Below the pieces are notes generated by a model that saw only the letters and a list, made by a program, of their open reading frames with translations, was not told where the DNA came from and did not search any database. A stretch of DNA of 63,765 bases, counting the filler, from Octopus bimaculoides (lineage: Eukaryota), in the NCBI RefSeq assembly GCF_001194135.2. It is 5 parts of 5 records of this genome, joined end to end, with 100 filler letters (N's around TTAATTAATTAA, not from the genome) between each part and the next. Parts side by side here need not be neighbours in the genome. Positions count along the whole stretch, not along the records: positions 23,843 to 42,619 come from NC_068986.1; 4 more parts are not named here. The stretch is one strand, 5' to 3'. A program made the translations under genes and the position numbers. Positions 24,189 to 37,986 of this stretch are shown here, in pieces; within the stretch, counting starts at the first letter, position 1, and each line of letters begins with the position of its first letter.

Positions 24189-25753
24189 TTACTATAACCT
24201 TCATCTTCGCTAAGGCAGAAGTAATAATAATAACGAGTAATGTTTTCAGTCATGTTTGTTTGTTTGTCTGTGGACAAGATATCTCAAGAACTGCTGGATG
24301 GATTAGGGAGAAGTTTCAGGGATGTTTGGTTTCATGACTGACATGAACTGATTAGATTTTGGGATCAATCCGGTACAGGACAAAGATTCTGAATTATTTT
24401 TCCGTTTGTTTTTACTTAATTTTTGAGAGTGGTCAGGTTCATTTTTAGTATTCTCGTTTGTGAGAGCAGTTGAGTTTATTTCAGATATTCTCATTTTAAA
24501 AATCATCTCTGGCTAATTGTTGAGAGGACATTGGTGTTGCCTTGGTGGAGGTTTGTGCTCTGTGAGTGCTGTGTTATTATTATTATTATTAGGCAGCGAG
24601 CTGGCAGAATTGTTAGCATGCCAGGCAAAATGCTTAGCAGTATTTTGTCTGCCACTACGTTCTGAGTTCAAATTCTAGCAGGGTTGACTTTGCCTTTTAT
24701 CCTTTCAGGGGTTGATTAAATGAGTACCAGTTATGCNNNNNNNNNNCGAGCTGGCAGAATTGTTAGCATGCCAGGCAAAATGCTTAGCAGTATTTTGTCT
24801 GCCACTACGTTCTGAGTTCAAATTCCACCAAGGTTAATTTTGCCTTTCATGCCTTTGGAGTCAATGAAATAAGTACCAGCTGAGCACTGGGGTCAATGTA
24901 ATCAACTTATACTCCTCCCCCAAAATTTCAGGCCTTGTGCCTATATTTGAAGAAATTCTTAGTTGAATAAATCGACCCCAGAACTTATTTGTTTTTTGAG
25001 CCTCGTACTTATTCTATCAGTCTCTTTTGCTGAACTGCTAAGTTATGGGGATGTAAACAAACCAACAATGGTTGTCAAGTAGTGGGGAGGGACACACAGA
25101 TGACAGGCTTCTTTCAGCTTCCATCTACCAAATCCATTCACAAGGATTTGGTTGGTCCAGACTATAGTAGAAGACACTTGCCCAAGGTGCTATAAATGCA
25201 GTGGGACTGAACTTGGAACCATGTGGTTGAGAAGCAAGCTTCTTACTACACAGCTATGCCTCAGGCTGTGGAAAAAGTAGTTAGCTCTGATTTAAAAACT
25301 TTGGGCTTCACAGAGGATCATATAATACAGAGAAGCACCGTAAAGTAACACACACTCAATCCAAGCATCCTCATCGTTTAACACCCATCTTGCATGCCGG
25401 CAAGAGGTGAATAGTTTTACAGGATTCAATGAATTCAAGTGCTGTGCCAAGCTCCTATGTCTGTTTGGACACGGCCTCAACAGCCACATGCTCTTCCTAA
25501 TGCCAATCACTTTACAAAATGTATTGAGTGCATTTTTCATGGCACCAGCACGAGTGAGGCCACCATATAACTTGCAACACTAAAAAGCTTCACTCAACCG
25601 AGTGGGAGTATAGCAGAGTATAGGTGGTCCTCTGTTAAGTGGTTGAGAGGCTAAAGTATCACAGAGAGATAAGAACAGGTGTTTTGCAACAGAGGTGATA
25701 CATGGCCACCCCTCTTTATATAAGGATGGGTGCATGTACAGGAAAAAGAAAAA

Positions 25754-25800
<47 letters not shown>

Positions 25801-28169
25801 AACACTGGATTATGGATGATGATTTTGAAGATGATGATAATCTTGCCATGGTGTTGGCAGTGGCGATGGGAAGCCGGAGAAGCTTTTACTGTCAACTGTA
25901 AACTTAATGTCAAGAATTACAGCAAATGATGACATTAATTTTCTATTCTGAAATGGCTGACATTTGAACACAACCATTTTAAGATGATAGCATATCTCTT
26001 TCTTTCTCTGCCTCTCTCTGTTGATATTGTTTTGTCGTGAGCTATACCTGATGTTATTCATGTCTCAGATATTCATTGATATAGCCATGGGATATTAATG
26101 GCCTTTTTATGAATTGAGTAATTCTATTTACTTATTATTGTCATCATCATCATTATTATTATTATTATTATTATTATTAATTTTTAAAAGTTTAAGTCTA
26201 TAGCTTGGCTATATTATAACTGTGTTGTCAGGTCAATGTCTATATTAAATTAAAAAATAAAACAAAACTTAATCTTCCCATGGATTAGAAACAACTATCA
26301 GGTGAGTGCTTTCAATCTGGTCTCTGTAACAGAAGAAAGAAATTGCAATGGAGATAAAATGAAGCCCTATAATAGTGGAGAACTTGCCCAGGTTTGTTAT
26401 TCTTTTATTTGTTTCAGTCATTTGACTGCGGCCATGCTGGAGCACCACCTTTAGTCGAGCAAATTGACCCCCAGGACTTATTCTTTGTAAGCCTAGTACT
26501 TATTCTATCGGTCTCTCTTGCCGAAGTGCTAAGTAACAGGGACGTAAACACATCAGCATCGGTTGTTGAGCGATGTTGGGGGGACAAATACAGACACACA
26601 AACATATACATACACACACATATATATATACAACGGGCTTCTTTCAGTTTCTGTCTACCAAATCCACTCCCAAGTCTTTTGGTCGGCCCAAGGCTATAGT
26701 ACAAGACACTTGCCCAAGGTGCCATGCAATGAGACTGAACCTAGACCCATGTGGTTGGTAAGCAAGCTTCTAACCACACAACCACTCCTGTGCCTAATGT
26801 GTTTTTTTTTTTAGTTATGTTAACTGAGGTAAGTAAAATTAATAAAATTTACTCAGCCAAAACAAAACATGAAGCCTAATAAATTGCTGATGCCAACATC
26901 ATAACTATCCCAATATTGAAGACATTCCTGCCACCGCCACCACCACCATAACTGCACTGGAGTAATGGAAATGAGCTTGAAGAATCAGGAATATACAAGA
27001 AAAGCGTTCAGGAGTGGCTGTGTGGTTAAGAAACTTACTTCTAAACCACCTGGCCCCTGGTTCAGTCCCAATGCATGCCACCTCAGGCAGATGTCTTCTA
27101 CTACAGCCCCAAGCCAACCAAAGCCGTGTGAGTGGATTTGGTAGGTGAAAACTGAAAAGAAGCCTGCTGTATACATATGTATATGTGTGTACATGTCTGT
27201 GAGTTGGTGTTTTCTTATCTTGGCATTGTAGGATTGCTGTAAATGAGTGTCACTATCATACAAGCAGTGTCCTTTTGTTTCCAGTCTTCCATAAAAATAT
27301 AACCAGTCACAGGATAGAATTTCCTTACTCGGAAACAGTTGAGGGTTGGTGACAGGAAGGGCATCCAGCTATAGAAAACTTGCCTAAACAAATTCCATGC
27401 AAGCATGGAAAAGTAGATGTTATGATGATGATCATGGAAAGGGGGCTACAAAGTGTGGCATTCCAAAAAATTATAATGGTTATGTTAATTTATGTTAATT
27501 AAGAATATGAAAATATGGATGACTGTACCAACAATAACACACTAGTACAGGAGTGGGGAGGGGTGACTTCTTGTTCAAACAGGAAAAAAGCTATGAATAT
27601 GATAAGCAAACAGACAACCTTGGCCAAGAAACAGGGTAAGGAACTATTTCCAATTTCTGATGACCAAGGCCTATATCTCAGGTAGGGACGTGTCATTCAA
27701 CACAGATTTACCATTAATGGATTCCATTTGAATAGCAGATAAGCAGATAAAAATAGTGCAATAGATAAGCTTGCAACAGATAAGTGGCAGGCATGAAAAA
27801 CACTGGAAATAAACTAACAGTATATACATGTATAGAAGCTAGGCCAAGACTGGCCAAATTCTTGATTGTTGATCCCATCACAGACTTACAGAGGCTTCAA
27901 TGATCTCCTCCACCACAACCACCACCACTGTCACATACAAAGTAAAATATGGTAGTCTTGGAGTTTAGAGGAGTAAATTCAAATGGGAGATTTATATCAT
28001 ATTTACATTCATAAAAATTGATTTGGTTAAATGAAATCGTTGTTTTAACATCCACTCTCCCATGCTAGTATGAATTACATCAGTGATTCTCAACTGGGGG
28101 TTCATGCGAGTAAAATAGTAAATTGGGGATGCACAGTAGTATTTTAAGGGTCCATGAAAAAATTTTGCC

Positions 28170-28509
28170 TTACAAATCCTAATAAGTAGGAAGGTAGATA
28201 AAACACAAACCCCTTCAGGTAGATGGCCCTGCTCAGTATGTAGAAAAGGAGTAGGTAGTAACTCTATAAGATGTACCCGGTGCAAGCTATGGACACATAA
28301 GAGGTGCAGCAACATCAAAGGCAGGTTAACTAGCAAGTTAGTTTTTGTTTGTGGCAGATGTTCAGGTGCAATAAAGACTGCAAACAACTTCTATCTCATT
28401 CCAGGGTGAAAAACTAGAGGTAGTCGATAGCTTCCGCTATCTGGGCGACCAAGTTAGTAGTGGGGTTGGGTGCACTGAAAGTGTAGCTGCTAGAATAAGA
28501 ATAGCCTGG
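28170..28509 (+). mobile_element. RTE LINE fragment next to gap (further piece at 29965-30110)
   Basis: Reverse complement of the 700-950 and 40.7-41.05 kb segments; LEVVDSFRYLGDQV motif. Confidence 0.75.
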
Positions 28510-29090
28510 NNNNNNNNNNNNNNNNNNNNNNNNNNNNNNNNNNNNNNNNNNNNNNNNNNNNNNNNNNNNNNNNNNNNNNNNNNNNNNNNNNNNNNNNNNN
28601 NNNNNNNNNNNNNNNNNNNNNNNNNNNNNNNNNNNNNNNNNNNNNNNNNNNNNNNNNNNNNNNNNNNNNNNNNNNNNNNNNNNNNNNNNNNNNNNNNNNN
28701 NNNNNNNNNNNNNNNNNNNNNNNNNNNNNNNNNNNNNNNNNNNNNNNNNNNNNNNNNNNNNNNNNNNNNNNNNNNNNNNNNNNNNNNNNNNNNNNNNNNN
28801 NNNNNNNNNNNNNNNNNNNNNNNNNNNNNNNNNNNNNNNNNNNNNNNNNNNNNNNNNNNNNNNNNNNNNNNNNNNNNNNNNNNNNNNNNNNNNNNNNNNN
28901 NNNNNNNNNNNNNNNNNNNNNNNNNNNNNNNNNNNNNNNNNNNNNNNNNNNNNNNNNNNNNNNNNNNNNNNNNNNNNNNNNNNNNNNNNNNNNNNNNNNN
29001 NNNNNNNNNNNNNNNNNNNNNNNNNNNNNNNNNNNNNNNNNNNNNNNNNNNNNNNNNNNNNNNNNNNNNNNNNNNNNNNNNNNNNNNNNN

Positions 29091-29325
29091 NGGCACATAA
29101 AAGACACCATTTCGAGCGTGGCCGTTTTCGTGCGGGTGACACGTAAAAGCACCCACTACACTCTCTGAGTGGTTGGCATTAGGAAGGGCATCCAGCTGTA
29201 GAAACTCTGCCAAATCAGACTGGAGCCTGGTGTTGCCATCCGGTTTCACCAGTCCTCAGTCAAATCGTCCAACCCATGCTAGCATGGAAAGCGGATGTTA
29301 AACGATGATGATGATGATGATGATG
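29091..29325 (+). mobile_element. RTE-associated 3' UTR/SINE-like repeat ending in (GAT)n (also 30150-30830+, 27200-27440+, 12155-12400-, 36600-36840+)
   Basis: Recurrent GGAAGGGCATCCAGCTGTAGAAAC..GCATGGAAAGCGGACGTTAAACGATGATG. Confidence 0.75.
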
Positions 29326-32300
29326 TGTCTATTGCAAGAAGCAGTTAGGGTTTCTTTCTCTGACATCTTCCATAGTTCAACTTAAAATGGTTGAGAATTA
29401 CTGAATTAGATATTCTACGACTGGATACCCTTCCTGTAGCCAACCCTTACCTCTTTCCAAGGAAGGAAATGTTTCACCAAGGTCAGATATGTTTTCGCAG
29501 AGATTAGAAACAAAAAAAAAACACTGCTTGTATGATGACGATGACACTTGTTTACAACTATCACGTGGCGTCCAGACATGGAGATAGAAATGCACACATA
29601 TCAGCAACGAATATGACGCTCCATGCACCAGTACTGGCCATCATGTCAATTTGATGAAGGGATTGGGGGGGGGGAGTGTAGAAAGTGGAAACTGGGCAGT
29701 GTTGAGAGGTAACCATTGATGCATATGAGTTGGTGGGGGTGGGGATAAGGTGACTGACAGTGCAGAAAAGAGGCAGATGGTGAAGAGCAGCAAATAATAG
29801 TAACATAGTAGACAGAAGCACTGGTGCCATGTAAAAAGCACCCAGTCCACTCTGTAAAGTGGTTGGCATTGGGAAGGGTATCCAGCTGTAGAAACCATGC
29901 CAAAACAGATGGTGCCTGGTGTGGCATTTATATATATATATGCATGTGTGTGTGTGTGTGTGTAGAGTAAAAGGCAGACTGTATGACGCATGTGTACAAA
30001 CTGCCATGCTACATGGCAGTGAAACATGGGCCGTGACTGCTGAGGACATGACTAGTGATCGGGACTTTTGAAAATATGCAGTACGTGAGAAGACCTGGCA
30101 AGTCAAGTGAGAGCATAATCTGTGGCCTCTGCCAGAAGTGTAGCCAGCTCACTTATTGATATCTTTACTTCATTGGACACTAAACTCTGCTTGCGAAGAC
30201 CTGTTGAGGCAAGTGAATCTGAAATCTAAATCAAACCAAATTTGACGACTGGCACCCATGCCAACCTCTCCTTCATTGGACACTAAACTCTCTTTGCGAA
30301 GACCTGTTGGGGCAAGTGAAATCGAAATCGTAATTTAACCATATTCGATGACTGGCACCTGTGCCAGTGGAGCACTAACAGCACTGTCTGAGCATGTTCA
30401 TTGCCAGAGCAGCGGTCTGGCTTCCCTGCCAGTGGCCCGTAAATAGCACCAGTTGAGTGTGATCGTTACCAGCGTCGCCTTACTNNNNNNNNNNNNNNNN
30501 NNNNNNNNTTGTGTTGGTGGAACGTTAGAAAATCATTCGAGCGAGGTCGTTGCCAGTGCCGCTGGACTGGCTCCTGTGCAGGTGGCATGTAAAAAACACC
30601 ATTTTGAGCGTGGCTGTTGCCAGTACCGTGTGACTGGCCCTCGTGCTGTTGGCACGTAAAAGCACCCACTACACTCTCGGAGTGGTTAGCGTTAGGAAGG
30701 GCATCCAGCTTTAGAAACTCTGCCAGATCAGAATGGAGCCTGGTGCAGCCATCCAGTTCACCAGTCCTCAGTCAAATCGTCCATCCCATGCTAGTATGGA
30801 AAGCGGACGTTAAATGATGATGATGATGATATATATACACACACACACACACATATATATATAACCATCAGACTGTAAAGAGCCAGAATAGATACTGCAA
30901 GGCATTCTAACAGTTCTGCTAATTCTCCATTCTTTGATTGGTACTTTATTTATTGACTGCAAAATGCTGGTGAGCAAATCTGACCTCGGTAGGATCTGAA
31001 CGTAGAGCACAAAGGATTGAAACAAGTACCACAAGCTATTATTCTATCTGATGCTCTAACGACCCTGCCAACTGATTAATTCGACGAAGATTTGTTACGT
31101 ATAGCTAAAACTATATATTAACCGAATTAGCTTCTGTTGAAGAGGAAGTTGACAGTTATAAAATTCGTCCAGGGCAAAAGATGCTAGAAATATCAAGTAA
31201 TTGTTCCTCGTCGCACAACCTTCTTAAAATAAAGACACTTTCTATAACGTAATCTTCGATATCACTAAAAACACGGAATGCTTACGACTGGAGGGATTTC
31301 AAAATAGGTCTGCCCGACCAGGGTCGATCTGGGAGTAAACAACAAGTGCTTCAGCTTTCACCTAGATTTATTCATCATCATCGTTGTGTTTTAAATGTAA
31401 ATAAATGTTTCTTTGAAGTACGGCAATCTAAACAACAAATGGTTACATTATACTAATCTCCCCTGGTCTTTTCTTCGAGAGGTCAACGATCATAAAAGCT
31501 AATAAAATATAGAGAAATCATTTTCGATTGGATCATTAGAGAATCCAAATTAAAGGAAAAGGTTAATTTATATAACTTCAATAATTTTTAAATGGCTGGA
31601 GAATGTAGAAGGTAGTCGAAACAGTTTTTAATTGCTTTAATTTATTGATATACAGCAGCAATATTTCAGTTTATAAACAAAGAAGCGTACATACACAAAT
31701 GAGGAAAACCTCGGTTAAAATGCGTTAATGATGTTGAAAACATCGGTGCAAACTCGAGAAGTCCGGTTAGCGTAAAGAAAAACTGAATTGGAGAACATCT
31801 TTTATTACATCAATTATCGATTTTACCGACTTAGCTGTTGGTTGGTCATTAATTTAGCTTCCTTGTTCGATGATACATATATAGAAAAAGAAAACCAATG
31901 TAATATAGATAAAATACACATTATATCTCACCATACATGAATATAGTACAGAAGGGGTAACTACTATTGCAAGCAGGGTACAAAATGAAAGCCGGAGTAT
32001 ATGTTTACTATCGTAGTCAAATTTCATAAATCTTAAGTTAAAATTCCTTCATAAATCAATGGCATAATATAATCGAGAGCAATAGACTATATTTTCTGAA
32101 CTCTAAAATATTACGGCAATTGTTGAGTTGAAGTTCGTAAGACAGAAAATAAGGATTATATTTTGGTTTCGTATAAAAACGCTTTCAGTTTCAGAAAAAG
32201 CGGAATAACTTGATGAAGATATATTTTCTAATGTTAATTTCTACATTGTCTTTCAAATATATTATGTATCAATTTAAAAAAAAAAAATTAAAAACATGAC

Positions 32301-32401
32301 TATTTTGTATTTTTTTTTTCGGCTTAGGAAGTTCCCATAACAATTATTTACAGTACGTTCAAATGAAAAGCTGTCCTCATACACATATAATATATTTTTA
32401 C

Positions 32402-32469
32402 CTTAGTGATATACCAGCTTCGGTAAACAAAAACGGAGCTTATGTGAAGCTGAAGTTAATAAAGCCAAA
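32402..32469 (-). other. Candidate 68-nt non-coding 5' UTR exon of KYAT
   Basis: Acceptor ttttactttcag and donor AAG|gtaaaa; stop codons in all three frames. Confidence 0.35.
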
Positions 32470-33279
32470 CTGAAAGTAAAATTTTTGATTTTACACATGC
32501 AAACTTCACAATTAACAAACTCTCGTAGCCCGAATCAGGAGGGAGCATGTCCAGTGCCGCATACCTTCAAAAAAAGCCCAGCTACATTTTCTCAAATCCT
32601 ACCCAACTATGTTAAAAAGGGAAGGACACATTAGATAATACAATAAGAGAATATCTCTGATTATAGGTCTGTTAGATCAAATCTAAACAAACTTTAGAAA
32701 AAAAGTTGCCAAAATAAACTTAAATTCATTTAAAAATTAAAACAGAATTCAAATAAAGGAGTATGATGTGTTAGAAAGCATCCAAAGTAACAACTAGAAT
32801 ATATTGATCCCTTATATATACATATATGAAATATGTATATATCTATTTGTGTATATATAAAACAAAACAAACATATACCCATTGAGCGTCTTAAGATGGC
32901 ACAATGTTGTTTTGATTCGTGATGGTTTTCTTAAAATTCAATCATTACAAAAAAAAAAAAAAAATGAGAGCGACTTAATAACAACTGATATTTTAAATAT
33001 AATCAAGATCGTTTTAGTAATACGAAAAATTCTCTGAAATTAAGTAATCGATGTCTCGCTACATATATTGCCATACAAACCGGTCTCTTCGACTATGACA
33101 ACTACAGTAATTGGAATTACTGCAATGTTTATAAACATCAAAATACATTGACCGAGTGGCAAATATGATCACAAGTCGTTTCAAAATGTTAAATAATTCT
33201 TAGTTTGGAAAGAAAAGTTGATAAAATTCCAATTTTATCAAAAAATATGTGAAAGTCATGCCTGATGCATGTGACTTAC

Positions 33280-33340
33280 CGTCTGTAACCGCCATTTTAT
33301 AAACATGAGTCGCTTAGAGTCTCAACAATAACAATTTTTC
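33280..33340 (-). other. Probable first (5' leader) exon of the KYAT gene
   Basis: Ends ...AAAATGGCGGTTACAGACG|gtaagt, a perfect donor, on the KYAT strand beside the promoter; the 19054 exon has an acceptor that requires an upstream exon. The 5' boundary is a guess. Confidence 0.5.
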
Positions 33341-33810
33341 AATACAAACACACACACCCACGGGGTTGGTTCGTGATAGTTACTGGGAAATTCGTCCAAG
33401 TATAAGATGATAGGAATAAATATTGATGAGATTTATATGCATAAATGTTCTGATTATGATGATAGAGAGAGAGATAAAATTATTTACAAGTTAGCACGTG
33501 CATACGTGCATGTACACGGAAACTTGCATGTAGAAATATATGAGCCAACATGTAAACAACTATATTTTATTTATTTATTTGCTGCAAAAGCCTCACGCTC
33601 TTGTCTTAGCTTTAAAATATGTATATGCAATAAGCACAGATATAAATAAATACTAGAAAAGCATGAAAATAACCCGTTTATTGAATTTTATTAAAGGCGT
33701 AAGCGACTTAAAGATTCGGAGGAGTTGTCGAAAGAGGGCGAATATGACGTCATGCTCGGCAGTGTCCGCAGCTTTCCGAAATGCAACAAGAAACATGTAA
33801 AATGGCGACT
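33289..33810. promoter_or_regulatory. Bidirectional promoter region
   Basis: Divergent first exons about 0.5 kb apart; YY1-type CCGCCATTTT at 33289-33298 and AAAATGGCG at about 33799-33807; E-box CACGTG at 33495-33500; CRE palindrome TGACGTCA at 33745-33752; locally CpG-richer and TE-free. Confidence 0.6.
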
Positions 33811-33889
33811 GTAGGCGATAGTCCTGCAAAATACGCTGGTCAGCCTTGGACAGTTTGGGCCGAAAACGTGCCTTTAAAGGATGATGTCG
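33802..33889 (+). CDS. First coding exon of an unidentified gene, MATVGDSPAKYAGQPWTVWAENVPLKDDV(G)
   Basis: aaaATGGCG start context, gtgagt donor at 33890, non-repetitive sequence next to CRE/E-box promoter motifs. Confidence 0.65.
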
Positions 33890-34086
33890 GTGAGTTTAAA
33901 TATCAATGTCTTTCATACAGGATATACATCTATTTTGAAAAGTTAAAACTCCCGATCAGCCTTTTTAAAGACAAGACATGTACATTGGTTTTTGGGAGTA
34001 CTTACTAAAAATGATATCAACATCCTTTTAGTAAGTGTTTAGTTGTCCCGAAAGTGATTACCTTTTAATCGTCTGTTTACTTGTAG

Positions 34087-34155
34087 GTTGCACCGATACT
34101 AAAAGTGGTGACATTGCTAAAGATGATAATGACTGTATGAAGCTTCGTAAAGAAG
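34087..34155 (+). CDS. Second coding exon of the same gene, (G)CTDTKSGDIAKDDNDCMKLRKE
   Basis: Acceptor tgtttacttgtag and donor AAG|gtaaaa; 69 nt, phase 1-1, open and in frame with exon 1. Confidence 0.65.
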
Positions 34156-35187
34156 GTAAAATCTCCGAGTTTTTATTACAAATCTTTTTACTAGTTTCGT
34201 CAAACCAACTTACTACCACTAACTTCCATGTGTATTTTTTTCACCCATTTTTACTTATTTTTTGTTTTGTTTGTTTTAAATTGCTGTTGGCTATAATAAA
34301 ACTCGCACGTTTAAAGAATCGATTATAGATCTCAAATTAACTGTTGTGTCTGTGGAAACGACTCGGTTGTTATCTTTTTTCTCCCCATGTTTACCTGAAT
34401 CGTAATTATTGATCGAAAGGGACAAGGGGAGGGGGAGAGATTGTATACACAGCTCCTACATTCGCTTACCCCCCCTCCTTGAAAAAAAAAATCGTTAATC
34501 AAAGAGCACGGAAGAATCCGTTTTGATAAAGTTGTAATTCTACTCCACCCCCTGCTCGTGATTCACCCATGTTTCGTCGTCTCCCAGTCATTAAGTTATT
34601 TATACTATATTCATATACACAACTAACTCCGATCATCTACCTGACCTATATTCAATCGATGTAGACAAGAATCGAACAAATATTTATGTGGTCGCTCTAA
34701 TTTCACTCAAGGGTCGCTCTGACGTTACATTGTCATTTTAACTGTTATCTAGCGACGTAAACAACTCGTACATCTATTCTTACAATTCTTGGATTCTACA
34801 TTTGGGTTTTTAAATTTTTTTTTTCGCACTTCGACTTTCTTTTCCCCCCGTTTCTTTACAATTAATTTTTTTTTATCCTCTTTTAGCGGCATTTTTTGAA
34901 AATTTTTTTTCCCCCCCAGAAATTTCACTTATAAAATTCCACAAAAATAATTTCAGTGCCCCCATTTTTTTTTGGTGTGTATGTGTGTGTGTGTGCATAT
35001 ATGTGTATATATAAAAAGAGAGAACTTGTTGATTTTGGCACACGTGAGATACTCGACGAAACCTTTTGGAAAGATTATTGAAGTTGAATAACATGGCTAA
35101 TATTCCTAGATTTAGAGTTTTATTGCATTTCAACTTCTTAAGATTCTATACAGGTGGTTTGTATGCATGCATATATACACACACATA

Positions 35188-35226
<39 letters not shown>

Positions 35227-35429
35227 GTAGACATACACACGTATTTACGTGACTACTGGAAATCTAATAGAAATATCTACTGCATCAATAATAGTGTGTT
35301 GTTTGCTTACAGCTTTTGTGTATTTTCCCAGTCTTACAATTATTCAGTTATCTCCAGTGAAATCTGATATTTTTACTCAGGACTCGTTCATTAAAATAAT
35401 ATACATACATTTCAGTGTATGTATGTATG

Positions 35430-35465
<36 letters not shown>

Positions 35466-35979
35466 TTGACGATTCTCTGCCCTTATTCTTGTATATATAT
35501 ATATATATATATTATACATATACATACATATATATATTTATTTATATATATATATATTATACATATACGCACACATACATGCATACACACACATTTAGAG
35601 ATACATATATGCGCGCGCGCGTAATTTCTAGATTATCTATGTAAAACAATTCGCTACTATTATATTCCCAGTTCGGATTTATCCATTTTCTCTTATTTAT
35701 ATTTATTCATCTATTTTTTTGTGTTTTTTGTTTCTACGAAGCCAGACCATAGTTGACTGCATTTTCTTTTTTCGTTTGCCAGTCGGAAATATTTTTGCAC
35801 CGTTTTGGTCTCGAGCTTGCTTACTCCCAGGCTTTTTTCTATAGCTTTACGTTTGTTTTTTTTTTTTTTAAATATTTTGAGAATTCTTAAATCACAAAGA
35901 ATTTAATCACTAGGTTAGTTTTTCTCTCTTTCTCTCAAAAACACACATACATTATCTCTCTAGTCTTTGTATATTTTAC

Positions 35980-36016
<37 letters not shown>

Positions 36017-37946
36017 GATGTATTAGTAGTAATTGATTCGGTGAATAATAAGAATTGTTTATGGAGAACAGTTATGAAAATGGAAAGTTCCGAGTGGTAC
36101 AATTTGTATTGTAAAAAAATGTAAAACTTCATTTACGGAAAAAACAAAAACAAATTTTGTATTAAAAACAAAGCAATATCGGATCAGCTTAGGTTTACAC
36201 TAATACTAGATTAGTTATGATGACATTCCAAAGGTTTTGTTTTTGAATTCGACTTCAAAATGCAACATAGAAAACCTTTAGAATGCATATATATATATAA
36301 ATATTTTCATGAAAATAGTTTTAAAATATGTGTTATATAACATTATGATTGTCTGAAAAGGAAATCACTTAATTACTAATTAATACATCATAAATTCCAT
36401 TTGAACTTTTTTTGTTGGGTCAATCATATATATATACATGTGTGTGTGTGTGTGCACGCACACATACACACACAGTTCTAACAGTTCTCAGTGAGGATTG
36501 AACGCACTATCCCTGATTTATAAGACCAGTGGTCAAACCACTTAGGTATGAAGATAGCTCTATATAGATAGACACATACACGTGTGTGGTGGTTTGTGTC
36601 TCTTTGTCTGGACATTGCACGATAGTTGTAAATGAGTTTCACTGTCATACAAGCAGTGTTATATATTTCCAGAATTCTGCAACATCGTGCCTGGCAATAT
36701 AATTGGGCAATATAATAATCTTGCATGGAAACAAATGAACGTTGGTAACAAAGTACTTCTGGCTGTAGAAAATCTGCCTAAAACTCTGTCCAACCGATGT
36801 AAGCATGAGAAAAAGACGTTAAGACAATGTTGATGATGTAGATGCTGTCTCTGTGCATTACTAGACTTGTGTTGCTCAACTTGTTCAGTCAATGTTGCTA
36901 ACTGCAGAATCATAACCCTTCATTGTTATTATTATTATTATTTAAAGTATTGAGCTGGCAGAGACATTATTGCATCAGACACAATGTTTAGTGACATTTT
37001 TTGCAAAACTTTACATTTCGAGTTCAACTTTACTTTTCATCCCTTCTGGAGATACAATAAAATACCAGTCAAATAGTGGAGTTGATGTAATTGACTAAAT
37101 CCCAACTCTTACAAAACCTTGACCTTGGTCCAAAATTTGAAACGTTACTAATATTTGGTTAGTCCACATTGCTCTGTAAGGAGCATAGAGTCAATTTCCT
37201 GTTTTCTCTCTCTCATATATATATATATATATATTCCTCTCTGGATAGGTTGCCAGTCAGTGGAAGTATACAAAAATAAACATTATTTTCCCTCTTACTA
37301 TTTTGTTTCGTTTTGAAGAATAAAAATTTATTTTATGGTTTGTTATTCTTTCTATTTTGAATTACATCATCTTTTATGGGGGTACCAAAATCTTTTAAGT
37401 CCTTAGGGCCTCGATGGGTCTTAATCCAGCCCTGATGCCAGTCCATTGCAGTATGGCTCATTTTTACCAGCTAGGTGTACTGGAGCAATGTGAAATGAAG
37501 TGTTTTGCTCAAGGACACAAAACATCACCTTGTCCAGGAATTGAAACCATAATCTTGTGATCAAGAGTCCAACACAATAAGCACTGGGTTATGTTCCTAT
37601 TTGGATAGTTGAAATAAGTTGTATCTTATTTGGAACAGGCCAAGTTTTGTAGAGTGGGTGAAGTGAAATGTCAATACAGCGGATTGAACCTACATTGCAG
37701 AATTGATTTATTAGAAGCTTACTATCACACTCCACTAGTACCTCTAGGTTTAGAATTTTCAGAAAAGGTGATGGTTCACCAAAACGGGCTATACTGGTAC
37801 ACAGTACTCTTTCCCCATTTGTAACACCAAGTATGAGGTGTGTATANNNNNNNNNNNNNNNNNNNNNNNNNNNNNNNNNNNNNNNNNNNNNNNNNNNNNN
37901 NNNNNNNNNNNNNNNNNNNNNNNNNNNNNNNNNNNNNNNNNNNNNN

Positions 37947-37986
<40 letters not shown>

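Noticed and set aside
24594-24800. Direct duplication of a SINE-B head around a 10-N gap
   Set aside because: Typical unmerged contig overlap.
27890-27927. Possible 38-nt minus-strand KYAT leader exon ending at gtaagt
   Set aside because: Does not restore the KYAT frame and is low-complexity.
37589-37845. Unique-looking ORFs on both strands as exon 3 of the plus-strand gene
   Set aside because: Phase-1 reading from the available acceptors hits stop codons; no recognisable motif.
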